From Squalus acanthias (lineage: Eukaryota): a stretch of DNA of 64,000 bases. Made by a program: the position numbers and the translations under genes. The stretch covers positions 122,018,001 to 122,082,000 of the forward strand of contig CM059431.1 in assembly GCA_030390025.1 (NCBI GenBank), written 5' to 3'. The notes beneath the pieces were generated by a model. It was not told where the DNA came from, made no database searches, and saw nothing but the letters and a program-made list of their open reading frames with translations. Shown here in pieces: positions 1 to 12,280 of the stretch. Every line of letters begins with the position of its first letter. Position 1 is the first letter of the stretch.

Positions 1-1297
1 AAGGTAAAAAATCACGGGATTGGGGGTAATATTCTGGCATGGATAGAGGATTGGCTATCTAACAGAAAGCAAAGAGTTGGGATAAATGGTTCATTCTCAG
101 ACTGGCAATCAGTAACTAGTGGTGTTCCACAGGGGTCAGTGCTGGGTCCCCAACTCTTCACAATCTATATTAACGATTTGGAGGAAGAGACCAAGTGTAA
201 CATATCAAAATTTGCAGATGATACAAAGATGGGAGGGAAAGTAGTGAGTGAGGAGGACATAAAAAACCTGCAAGGGGACATAGACAGGCTAAGTAAGTGG
301 GCAGAGATTTGGCAGATGGAATACAACACTGGAAAGTGTGAGGTGATGCACTTTGGCAGGAAAAATCCAAGAGCAATTTATTATCTTAATGGCAAGAAAC
401 TGGAGAGTACTGAAGTGCAAAGGGATCTGGGGGTCCTGGTGCATGAAACTCAAAAGGTTAGTATGCAGGTGCAGCAAGTGATTAAGAAGGCAAATGGAAT
501 GTTGGCTTTCATTGCTAGGGGGATAGAATATAAAAATAGGGAGGTATTGCTTCAGTTGTACAAGGTATTGGTGAGACCGCACCTGGAATACTGCATACAG
601 TTTTGGTGTCCTTACTTAAGGAAAGACATCCTTGCTCTCGAGGCAGTGCAAAAAAGGTTCACTCGGTTAATCCCGGGGATGAGGGGGTGGTCATATGAGG
701 AGAGGTTGGGTAGATTGGGACTCTACTCATTGGAGTTCAGAAGAATGAGAGGCGATCTTATTGAAACATATAAGATTGTGAAGGGGTTGGATCGGGTGGA
801 TGCGGGGAGGATGTTCCCGATGACGGGTGAGACGAGAACTAGGGGACATAGTCTTAGAATAAGGGGCTGCTCTTTCAAAACTGAGATGAGGAGGAACTAC
901 TTCACTCAGAGGGTGGTAGGTCCATGGAATATGCTGCCACAAAAAGCTGTAGAAGCTACAACATTAATTAAATTTAAAACAGAAATAGACAGTTTCCTAG
1001 AAGTAAAGGGCATTAAGGGTTACGGGGAGCGGGCAGGAATTTGGACATGAGTCTAGGTTCGGATCGGTCATGGCCCTGTGGGTAGTGGAGCGGGCCCAGG
1101 GACTGTGTAGCCTGATTCTGCTCCTATTTCGTGTGTGCAATTCTGTTAGATGCAGGAGATGGTTCTGTGATAGATAGTAGATTGGCGGTTAGGATCAGAT
1201 CAGCCATGATCTTATTGAATGGCGGAGCAGGCTCGAGGGGCCGATTGGCCTACTCCTGCTCCTATTTCTTATGTTCTTATGTTCTTATGTTCTTATG
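1..1297 (+). mobile_element. CR1-clade LINE, 3' part (runs off window start): uninterrupted RT/C-terminal ORF2 frame 1-1050 plus 3' UTR ending in (TTCTTATG)n
   Basis: Frame is open from base 1 to TGA at 1050. It carries GVPQGSVLGP, FADD, RPHLEYC and RRMRGDLIETYKI motifs. Octamer-repeat tail at ~1267-1297. Confidence 0.95.
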
Positions 1298-1970
1298 AAC
1301 ACAATTAGGTGCCTTTGAAGCTGTGCTGTTTCTCCTTCATTTTGGATTTTGTCCTGAATCAGCAGGTCAGCAAGGGAACTAAACACAGAAGTTTCCAGTT
1401 TAATTGTTGTTGTGTGGATATAAACGTTGGGTGAGTTCCAGAAAGGGGTAGCGCCACCTACAAGCACAATGCCTTCGAAATGTTGGGTTACTCGACATGT
1501 CTAATACATAATAGATGGATGGTAAATTGTGAGAGGCATGCTGACCTGACATGAATTGCTGACATGCTCTCCCACTGTGCAAAGCTCCATGCCAGAAGTA
1601 TTCATTTATAAAGTCTTTCCCATACATCAGAGACAGCCACATGTTGTGAAGTTCTGGCAGACTGGGCCTGTATGCTTGCTGTGTAACTTACACAGAGACG
1701 CGTGAGGGCCAGATGTGGCATGATTGTGGCAGCTGGGATGTTGGCAGCTGGAATGGCTGGGGTTGTTTTGATACACAATAGCCTCAGAATAAAAATGTTA
1801 GGGCCAATTTTCTGAATGCACATTCCTGGCACAGAAGCTTGCTCATTGGTTGCACGTACAGTGTAACCTGTAAATCACTGGCACCTTGGGACTGGCATCA
1901 GCTGTCCTTTTTTTGTAAGTGATCTTATTTTCAAAATGGTCATTGTAGCTACTGTAAGAACTTTCAGTAG

Positions 1971-2108
1971 AATGGGGAATTCTTTACCCAGCAGTCATAG
2001 CGGCAGAGAAACCGCTCTATCCCTGGGATGGAACCGGGCAAGCATTCAATCCCAGAGATGGAGCAGATTCTCTGCCTCTATTGATGCTGGGTAAAGTGCT
2101 CCCCCATT
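1971..2108. mobile_element. Short palindromic MITE / fold-back element
   Basis: AATGGGG...CCCCATT ends. ~65-bp imperfect arms (tttacccagca...tgctgggtaaa; ggcagagaa...ttctctgcc). Confidence 0.7.
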
Positions 2109-4681
2109 CCACAAAATCCATTTCTTTCACAAAACCCGCTGTCGCCTCGCGCTGACCTGCACATCCCGTATTTTAAGTTGTAAGCAGCACTGTCATTACA
2201 AGGGAGTCACTGTTTACTGTATGCCTGCATGACTGTTATTCAGTATGACAATGGCCCATAGCATTAACATTGTGATATTGGCTATAAGCTTGAGGGAAGC
2301 TTCCAATGTTACTGTTTCCCACTCTCTCTATGCTCTCCTGGTCAGTGGTTTGCAGCGTGACCTCCTTAGGTGGGTAGTGGGTCTGGATTCACTAGTTCTA
2401 TCACCAATTGGCACCGTTCATGCTAGCTGAAAGCCGTCTCATTCTGAAAGTAGAAGAATAGGACTGATGCTTTGAAAATACATAAAGTAGTGACAATGTT
2501 AGGGAACAACAGTTTATGTGGCATACTGGATTCATTATGTACATTACATTGTCCTGCTGTATTCCCTTCGTAGCACTCACTAAGTGTCCTTTTAGAATTT
2601 TTACTTTGCACACAGGTATGCATGAACATTCCTGAATTGCCTCTTACTTATACATAACTATTCCTACCCATGTAAATTGTTAATTCCCTTGATTATCTTA
2701 TGGCAACACTGGGTAACTTCCCCAAATTACTTTTGACAAAGGAACAGTAAATGATGAGAAACTGATCCAATTATGGCAGTCATGTGTCATGCATATTAAT
2801 ATTCCTTATTTAGATTAGGGTTTTATTGGGTTTGCCATTTTCTTCCTGACCACCTTCCAGCTGCACTGGGTTTGGGACACATCATTGATTCACTCAGCAA
2901 TTTATTCCCATTCTGCTGAAGCAAGAACGTCTGAAGGGGGTGGGTCACATGCCATCCTAAAGATGGTCTTCTTGCATTTCCTTACATGTCAGTGAAATGG
3001 GATATCACTGACTCCTGCATTTCACTTCCATAGTAAAATTGCTCTAGAACCAGTTGAGGTGGTGTTTCAAAGATTAAATGGCTGCTTAGTGCTCTAAGCA
3101 GTTACTAGACATGATTAATGTGGCTAGCATTTCATTGGCTCCTCCATTGTATGGATATTACAGTGCAGAACATCTTGGACTACAGGTAAACAGTAAAGGG
3201 TAAATTCACCATGGGCCAAAGAAGGCAACAAAGTACCTGTACAGTGAGCACAAGGGTCTCTAACTTCTAGCAGGGCTGACCTCTCACAGTCAGCCCTACT
3301 TACAAATTGGCAGCAAGCTATCTGCCCATGTTGGGCCTGGCACTGGGAGCTTGCCAAAGGGGCGGGATGGGAAATTATATGCAACAGCAATCCTTTTAAA
3401 TAAAGGGACGTAGCCACTCAAAAGCCACATGTGGCAAAAGCTTTGTTAGTCTTTAAAAAGACACCAAAGGATATATTTTCCTAAGTCTTCACACATCTTG
3501 AGCCTAGCCTGGACAGATGGAAAATCACACTCGGCTTCATTTCAAAGAATGATAATATCTTTCTAGAATAATAAGGCTGCAGTTTGCTTCTGGCAAAACT
3601 ACATTAGACCGGGCTAAAGTATCTGCCAGGAAATTGTGTTCAACGCAAATGTGGTAAAGTTCTGTTTTTATGGCTCTTAGTCAGTTTGTTCTGGTGCCCC
3701 AGTGCCCATTCTACGCCACAAGCTTCAAGAAAGACTGCCCTTAAAATTGTAGATTCAAAGATAAAACTTACTGCCAGCAATAATGAATGCTTAAATCCTC
3801 TGTCCATTATTTTAATGGCAGCTTTATCCTGCTTATTTTAAATGAGATGATCTTTTTATAGTTCACATACAGTTAATCTGAAGTTCAAAATTATTAGTGT
3901 CTGCAATGTGCCCATAAAATTGGAGGAAACAATTTCATTAGATGGACAAAATCTAATATCCGATAAGAAGTAAATACTTGAACTTATCATTACTTATCAT
4001 ATCTCAAAACTTCTGAAGTACAATTAATTGCAGTATATTGAAATGCAGTGATTAGTTGTGAAAGTAGTCCTTTGACACTTCCCTGAGGTGTAAAAACATT
4101 TTCCAGTGGTATAAAAATAACTGTGCACAGTTACTTTGTCTATGTGTGAAAGTATAGGAGGAAAATTGAATGCAGCTGGGCATTGGAGAAAATATGTCTT
4201 TAAAAGAGCAAACTGCTTTGGCCATTGTCTTCCAGGATGAAGTGAAACCTTCTTCCTGATAATCTTCTCCAGTTGTTAAAGAGCTCTAAAAGTACCACAT
4301 GAGAAACATAAAAATGATGGTCAATACATTTATACATAAGTATTAGGACAGCCACTGTTTTGTTATTCCAAAGCCGAAATATGATTTTATTCTGTAAACA
4401 TCATGCACTTCCCCACAATAAAAATGATTTTCATTGGCCAACCAAACAATAAGTAACATAAAACAAACAGTAATGTTTCCAAACAAAAATGAGGATTGAA
4501 AATCCTTCATTACTTATAAAATATACATATTATCCACACAAGATATTTTTCATTCGCTTCATCTATAATCACCACTCTTTAAATGATTGTATTTAAGAAT
4601 TCTGCATTGTTTTATGATTCATATTTGAATAAGCACAGAAGAAAAACACAAACATTGTTCATAATATTTGTACTTACTCAC

Positions 4682-4695
4682 CGAAAGAACAATAT
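4682..4695 (-). CDS. Candidate 14-nt microexon (ATATTGTTCTTTCG) of an unidentified host gene
   Basis: Minus strand reads catttgcattcag|ATATTGTTCTTTCG|gtgagt. Phase 1 entry is compatible with the 26101-26247 exon and gives D-I-V-L-S. Lies in a repeat-free stretch. Confidence 0.25.
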
Positions 4696-5507
4696 CTGAA
4701 TGCAAATGTAAATGTACTACTGAGCAACGAATTTAGAAATCTTTGAGTTTACAAGGCATTAAATTGATCTTGTCTCCTGCATAAATGATGAGGCGCAGTA
4801 CGACACACTTAGCAATTCCTGCATTTATCACTAAACTACAGATCTGAAATTCTAAATTATATAAAGAAGTGGGCAAGAACAAAGACAGAGCTTTTTATTA
4901 ACGGAATGAGTCCACTATACAGTGGTTCCATTAAAGGAACAATGATGTTATGTTGTCAAGCAGTCATGTGGTGATTAATGTGCCCTTAATTCTAGGGAGA
5001 TCACATGGCAGCACTCTGTTTATGTGAGTGGTTTACAATTGTATCACTTAATAGAAGCGTCAATAAGCTACAATGCCCTTGCCAATGACAGTTGCAGGAA
5101 CATTGAAGAAAAAAAGAAAGCTTGATTGTATTTGTTGTTTATTGATTCTGGGACAGAATTTTTTTTTAAAAGCTTTCAATTTCAGAAAGAGAAAAACAAG
5201 GCCTACATTATCTAATATCAAGGTGATTTCCACTTTGTAACTGTTTTTCGTACATCTTGTTATGATGTGCTCTTCGAATATAATTCAGATTTGCATTTGC
5301 TGCATTGAAACCAAATGCACGATACACCAAACAAAGTGAATGGCTCACAGTTCTCAAAAAAACACAGGACTATATAAAACACCAAATGTACAAATCAACA
5401 CTGTAATATCATAGAAAAAATATGTCCACCCTCGGCAATGGCAAGTAAAAGAAAAAAATCCAGAATCAAATATTCACAAGATAGCAACAAAAGCAGTTGT
5501 ACACCAG

Positions 5508-6201
5508 GGGCTTAAAATTGAGTAGTACCCCATTTGGGGCGCTAACTTTGCTGGGACGCTACTTTTAGCGCCCCGGAAAAATTAGCGCCCCCGTGCCGGA
5601 AATTGAATGGTTGCACCTCAAGAGGGAAGTGGGGTGCTACTGGAAGCGCCCTGCATCCCTCTTGGGGCGCTGCTAGTCAATATCGTGCTGCTACGTGCCG
5701 CGGTATTGCAGGGCTTCCTCCCCATCTTAAAGGGGAGGGGCCTTGCGCAGTGCGACCTGGGGCCCAGCTGGGACCCCGGGGATTGGGAGTGCCGGCAAAA
5801 GAGCCCGGCACTCAAGAGAAGTGGGGGCCATTCAGGAGGCCGGGGATGGGAGCGCAGGCAGGTGCTGACAAAAATGGCCGCCCCGCACCTCGCCTTTAAA
5901 TAGCGCCTCCCAGGCAGCAAGTAGGCCCCCCTGACCCTGTCGGACATGGCGTCCGGCGGTAAGTCAGGGAGCACTCCCGAAGATCGCGGCCGGGGCCCGA
6001 GCGGGGCACTGCACACGGCGATGATGTCATCGCTGGTGGCGCAGCGCCGTGGGGTGCTACCAGTTAACGCCGCCGCTAACGACCCGATGAATTTCGCGGG
6101 AGGTGTGGGCGGCGCCGCACCCAGGCGCCAGTTGCTTTGCGCCCCGTTTGCGCCCTCTTAGGGCGCTAACAGAAGGTGCAAAGCAACCCAATTTTTTCCC
6201 C
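5508..6201. mobile_element. Non-autonomous PIF/Harbinger-like DNA transposon (GC-rich MITE)
   Basis: GGGCTTAAAATTG...CAATTTTTTCCCC termini, subterminal gcgctaa repeats and cag/caa flanks. Internal motifs (ttaaaggggaggg, gatgatgtcatc-like) are shared with 26321-27079 and 45652-46413. Confidence 0.75.
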
Positions 6202-6362
6202 CAAGTGTTCAGCTCAGTTCAAATTAATTGAACAACAAACAAAAAGCCATCAAGAAACACCACACACAATAAAAGCACAACAAAAAGACCTCACCATAAT
6301 GCCGAAAAAACTGTAAGGAAAAACAATCATATCTGACACTTATTTTGGAGAAAAAGATGCTG

Positions 6363-7290
6363 GCCCTGAATTCACGGTCGGCAGCGCAGCGAAGGAGAAC
6401 GCCGTCGACATCCGAACGACATTCGCACTTACCTCGTGTGAAGCCCCTTCGAAAAGTTGCTGTCAGATGCTGCAGGATTGTGCGCAGTGCCGTGGCCCAC
6501 AGATCCCAGGGACCCACCGTTGTGTGAATGCGAACCTGGGATCACGTGGGGCGGTGCTCCTTTTATTTCCTGACTCTTAGACAATCAGGAAACAGAGGAG
6601 ATTTCTGATTTGTCCACAACTCATTTAAAATAATTTAGCAACCAGAAATGCTATTTTATTAATAAATTACAATCATTGCAATAGTATTTAATACACAAAC
6701 CAAGATTATAATACACAAATCTATAATTACAATCTTATAGACTAACTAACTTTTGATTAATTTAAATAATCTAAAATCAAGAGTTTAAATGTCTGATAAC
6801 ATGAGGAAATCATGAAAGTGAATTAAATCATATCTAAATAGAAGTTGGGAATTAAACCGAAATTACAAAAGGTTTTTTGGGCAGCAAAGATGGTGACACA
6901 AATAAGCCCTAAAGTTTCTTTCAAAGTTTGTATCCACTCAGACACGAACAAGTGCCTCATTGTTATGGGCTGTAGCATAAACTAATACAATTTTCTCATC
7001 CCCCCCTCCCCTTATGCTGTGCAACAGGCTCCTGCGCCTGTTTGTACCAGACGTAAAAATGTTCAGTGAAATTAATGCGCAGTAGGGGGGCAAATAGCCC
7101 AACTTTTCGGTAGCACGTTGATTTGAATGGGGAGGTGAAATGTGCAGCGAAGCTAATGCGCAGTCGGAACTTGACAGATCACAAGTTCGGGATTTAGCGC
7201 ATGCGCCCGCACATGTGGAAATCATGAACTTGCGGTCAATTTCAAAGGCGGTATGAAATTACGCTGTCATACCAACTGCGAATTCAGGGC
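6363..7290. mobile_element. Non-autonomous DNA transposon (Harbinger-like MITE)
   Basis: Terminal inverted repeats gccctgaattcacggtcggcag / accaactgcgaattcagggc around an AT-rich core. Confidence 0.7.
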
Positions 7291-7578
7291 TACGGTGTCA
7301 TCCGAGTAGGGAAATCCTGATGGAAGTCTCCTCCCATGACAAAGAGTTTGACCACCTTAACCATTCCTTGCATCTTTATCTTCTAATGACCAGGACAATG
7401 CTAAAGATCATAGACTGACATGGTCATACGTTTTTCCACAATTCTTAGTACAAAGATTAATATGTATTGCTAATTAATTTATGTGCTATGGACCACTTGT
7501 TTTGTGATATTTTGTCTCCTTCCCATGGGGAGAACTCCTGTTTAGTGGCATAGAATGGGCTCAAATCACAGCAAGTCT

Positions 7579-8735
7579 TGTAAAGGAATGAGCCATATTT
7601 CAGAAAAATACACCATCCTATGAACAGAATTCTAACATTATTAAAATATGACAAACTGTGTTTAAAAATCTTAAAGCCTCAACGACACAAGCTGTAAACA
7701 GAAATACAGGCTTCTGAGATAAGATGAATTGTTAACACAAAGCTGTAAACCCCATACAAGCTTTTGAAATGGGAAATGGTTATTGACACAGAGACAATTA
7801 TGTCTCCCAACTGTTCCAATTTCAATACAAACACAATCTGCTTATAACTAGTTAAGGGGATATTAAGAATTCAATAGAAGACCTCATAAGAATGGCATCA
7901 AATAGATAAATCTGTTAAACCATATTTGATGATAAGTTATGAAACACCTACACAGCAGACAGGATTCTGAGAGTTAGCAGCTGAACTAACAGTAAGAATA
8001 GAAAGAAGTCAACAGAAAGACTGACTAGAGATAATTAGCTTACATCAGCACAAAACTTCAAAGGAGATACCACTGCAAAAAGAGTATAAGATATGGGATT
8101 TTCAAATGGGAAAACAGAAGTCGCTGGAAAGGGCAGGCGATTCTCAACTTCAGAGGCAGGCTCTGTAAGTTTTTAACTCTTTGAGTCTCTGGGATCAAAT
8201 GGTACTTTAATTGATTTTGGTGGATATTCTGGATTAAGAATAAGACTTAGAAATGTAAAAATGTAACAAAGTTAAGATTTGAGAATAAGGATCTCTGAGA
8301 ATAGAATTGTAAGCTATTTGTATTTTGAACTGTTAAAGTTGCGATTGACTCATCAACTATTAACTAAATGTCGGTTCCTTAATAAATCTATATATTTTTA
8401 GAATTGTCTCACAGAGTATTTCTATATCAGCTTCGCAAACTCAAATCTCTGTACACTCTTTTGTGAGGAGTTGCAGAATTCTGGGGGTGTTTTCCGGACC
8501 CTCATAATATCCGGAACTTTAAAGTCTAGTTAAACTTATTGAAAGTGCTATCTGGAGGACGGTAATATCTTCAAGTTGTTTCTTTCATTTAGGGAGAGAT
8601 AGTCTGGACCTTTAGACCCAATTAAGCATCTTATACGATTTGGCTATCTCTAACTTTAGTTGAAGGGGAACTTCTGGGGAATACGCCTGATCTGGGGTAG
8701 CCCGAGAAGGGCTAGGACTAGTAATAATCCCTTCA
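7579..8735 (+). mobile_element. Solo LTR (~1.16 kb)
   Basis: TGTAAAGG...CCCTTCA ends with 4-bp TSD GTCT (7575-7578 / 8736-8739). Also a ~50-bp tandem duplication (aagctgtaaac, ~7685-7790), TATAAG at ~8085 and AATAAA at ~8381. Confidence 0.75.
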
Positions 8736-9281
8736 GTCTCTTACTATAAACAATCAGGGTATCCAGGAATGATTCCTAACCAAGTTCCCCATGAATATGC
8801 AATGTGTCAGTAGGAGTGAAACCAATAATTAAACCTCATATAATGACGTAAAATAATATTTTCCTTATTATGATTTTGCAGTTCAGTGCACTTCTCCATA
8901 TATGCCCCGACTACAGTAGCATTAGATGGATATGTAATTCCATCTGACGCATTGACTAATTCTATAAGACACAGTGCCCTTGCTCTAAGTGTAATACTCC
9001 TTCATATTTAATAAATGTGATGCTGGAAATCAGTTTTAGATAAAAATTAAACTATTGTAGGACTGAATCTTGTTTGATGTATATACAGAATTGCAGGTCT
9101 GTAAAATTAACAGGTTTTAGAGCCACAATCACAAGGAAGGAATGAAATGTTAAACTTACTAGGCAGCACTGAGCACCAACTCGAATCTGCAGATCCATTT
9201 TAAATGGAGAGATTTCAAGTACTTGAGCAGCGGGATAATGACAGATCATAAGTTTGGATTTGGAGGGCCCAAATCCAGACC

Positions 9282-11640
9282 CGGGGCCGATTATTTTTTG
9301 TCAGTTACATGCTGTGTTCACCAATTCGTGGGTGTAATGAACTGGAAAAAAAGGCCAGAGACCCGTAACTCCGCGCCTCTGCTCCAGTTGTGTATGAAAC
9401 GCTTTTCTGTTGACTCAGGGACCTCCTGCCTGAAATAGGCAGGAGCTTAATAAATAGACAAATGTCCGGGCAGCAATGCCATCATGCTTCCTGTGTCTTT
9501 TCCATCCATTACACGAGAATAAAGCCATTTCTAAACCATATCCTTATATCATGGGCTTCCAGGATTCCGGGGGATCAGCTGCATGCAGAAATTTTGGATT
9601 AAACAAACAGTTTTAAGGCCATTTCTGCACTGAATTTTTTTTCCTGCTGCCACATAGGCTTCTCTAAGCCTTTGTCAGACTTATTCTGCTGCGTATTTTT
9701 GATTTCCTCCACCTCCATTGCTGACACCAATGATTTTCCGAATGGGAATGCCCATACATGTCAAGAAGAAAGAGGAAGAGGAGCTGAGGGATGACAGGCT
9801 GGTTAGGCTGCACCAGAAGTGCGCTGTGTCCACAGGCCAGTACTCTCACACCCACATCTATGCATGGTGGCGCACATAGTTTGATGTGGCACAGGATTAG
9901 GGGCCATGGAGAGGCTTCCGCTCTTAAGGTGTGTTGTGACAGCTGGCCTGATGGCACAGACACACGTGAAAGCCCAAATAATCAGTATGCTGGATTGCTC
10001 ATCAGAAACATCCTGATCAAGTAGTATCACTCCAAAAGACGAAAGGGGGGATCTTAACCCCAAAAAAAGGGTGGGTTGGGGTCAGGTGAGAGGTTAAAGA
10101 GTTAAAAATCTGAATCCCGACCCCAACCCACCTCCAACCTGCCAATTCCGGTTTTAATGGAGGTGGGACAGGGGGCTGGCAGCCAACCCACATGCAGGAG
10201 ACGGGTTGGCACTTTAAATATTATAATGAGTCTGGCGATCCACCATTTAAAATTTAACTGTGGGCCTCGGGAATGCACCAGCTAAAGAGAGGCGAGGACT
10301 GCTGAATCCAGGAGGTAAGTGCCTATCCACTTACCTGCTGGATCCAGTGTACCTGCCTCGCCAACCCCCCACAATCGGAGACCCTCCCCAGACCCTTGCA
10401 ATCCCCCTGATCTCCCCCCAAGGCCTCCAAACACTGCCACCTCCCCCCCCCCACCCCGCCCCACCATGTGGCATAGTGGTTAGCACTGTTGCCTCACAGC
10501 GCCAGGGACCCGGATTCGAATCCGGCCTCGGGTGACTGTCTGTGTGGAGTTTGCACATTCTCCCTGTGTCTGCGTGGGTTTCCTCCGGGTGCTCTGGTTT
10601 CCTCCCACAGTCTAAAGATGTGCGGGTTAGGTTGATTTGGCTATGATAAATTTACCCTTAGTGTTAGGGGGATTAAATACATGGGGTTACGGGGATAGGG
10701 TGGGATATGTGTCGGTGCAGGCTCGATGGGCCGAAATGGCCTCTACCTGCACTGTGGGGATTCTGTGACCATGAGCCCTCCGATCTCTGATTCCCCCCTC
10801 CGACCTTTGATCCTCAGCCCCCGGTCCCGAACCCCACTCCAGCCTTCCGACCTCTGGCTCCAGGCTCCCAATCCCCCCACCAGCCTTCCGACCTCCTCCC
10901 TCTGGCCCCCCGATCATCTATACGGCCTTCCGACCTCCCGTCTCTGGCCAACCGATGACCCCTCTGTCCTTCCGACCTCCCCCCTGAGGCCCCTGATCAT
11001 CCAATCCCTCCCTCCTCTCTGCGGCCTGGTGCCACAGGAATGCCCACCTGACTGACAGCCTGCCTGTCCATCTGGCTAGCTGTGGGCGAGAAACAGTGAT
11101 TCTAAATGCTAATCGGCCCCTGCCGTTAAATTTGGCAAGGCCTGCGGGAAACCCACACTGCACTGAGGTCAAGGGGTGGGACACTGAGTACCAGCAGCTG
11201 CTAAAGGACCGCTGGCTGCTGTTGCAGTTCTTCTTATTTTTTTAATGCGGCTTGCAGAAAAGTGGTCCAATTAGCAGTCTGGGATTTGGGGACCATGCTG
11301 CAGGAGATCCCACAATGAAAGATGTCAGTTCTTGGGCGGGGGGGGGGGGGGCGGTATAAGGGTATGGTTGACGACCACCCAGCAATATAAACCTTCCATT
11401 TTATTGCATGCCTTCCTTGAAGCGCCTATTGCAAATAGATGCTGAGCTCGTGCAATGCTGCTTAGGGAATATTAGGCACGTTACTGGGCTTGCCTCTAAT
11501 TCAACATAGGAATAGACGTCTTAATGCAGCTTGTGTGCAGTAGGCGCGATTTTATGATTGGGTTTGCCCGATTTGCAGGTGCAGCTCAAACAAACTCGGT
11601 TGAAATAGTGGGCAGCACACGATTATGCTGAATTTTCCTC
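9282..11640. mobile_element. Degenerate composite of Harbinger-like non-autonomous elements, with a nested SINE and C-rich ccttccgacctcc repeats
   Basis: GGGGCCGATT start, and cccgaccccaaccc / ccacttacctg motifs shared with 57732-58346. Boundaries are approximate. Confidence 0.4.
10469..10767 (+). mobile_element. tRNA-derived V-SINE (HE1-like)
   Basis: A/B boxes (tggcatagtgg; ggattcgaatcc), V-domain gtctgtgtggagtttgcacattctcc...cctcccacagt, and a CR1-like tail. TSD ACCATG (10463-10468 / 10768-10773). Confidence 0.9.
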
Positions 11641-12280
11641 GAGAGGATCGGTCTGGAGCATGCTTGACAATTCTCTTACCTGAAGGTTTATTTTATTCAA
11701 GTCGAGATGCAGAGGCATTTTTGCAGATGATAAAGAATTTATTCCTGCTGTGCATCCATTAACTGACTTTATTTAAGCTGTCTCGTCACTGCACTTGGAG
11801 AATTGCCAAGGTTTGGAAGTAAAATAGGGAGCATGGTTAGAATGCTGATGATTTTACTTAAATTATTAAAGTGATTCACATATTGAACATTTTATTATAG
11901 TGTACTCGTATAGTATATGGACACTTGGCTTGTTGTGGCTGAGTTGTATTGCCCAGCTACACTCTGTAACTTTGAAAGCAGTTTGTAGTTTGTTCATATG
12001 CTCCTGGTGGAGGTCCCTTTGTCACCAGGCAGTACCTGGGGAGATCTGACACCCTCTATATTAGAGTGGTCAACATTCATGGGGAAATGTGAGGAGGAAT
12101 GACATTAATAATCAATGAGAGCATCATAGGTGCAAACCTCGGACTGGAAGCAGTCAGTCAGATTCATCTGAGAGAAAATAATTCAGCTCCCCAATTCTTG
12201 CAAACCATTTTGTGCATTTTAAGTTTTTTTTAAAGATCAAGGTCGGAATTTTCCCGTTGACCAGTGTGCGGGTTTGGGGC

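Noticed and set aside
5603..6161. Overlapping GC-rich ORFs / CpG-island promoter
   Set aside because: They lie inside a TIR-bounded MITE. The open frames reflect high GC content and encode no recognisable protein.
10469..10540. tRNA genes (also ~20054 and ~40435)
   Set aside because: These are tRNA-derived SINE heads continuous with the V-domain and LINE-like tail.
10770..11010. CRISPR-like or coding Pro-rich repeat
   Set aside because: Irregular C-rich ccttccgacctcc tandem repeats within a transposon remnant, with no repeat-spacer regularity, in a eukaryotic context.
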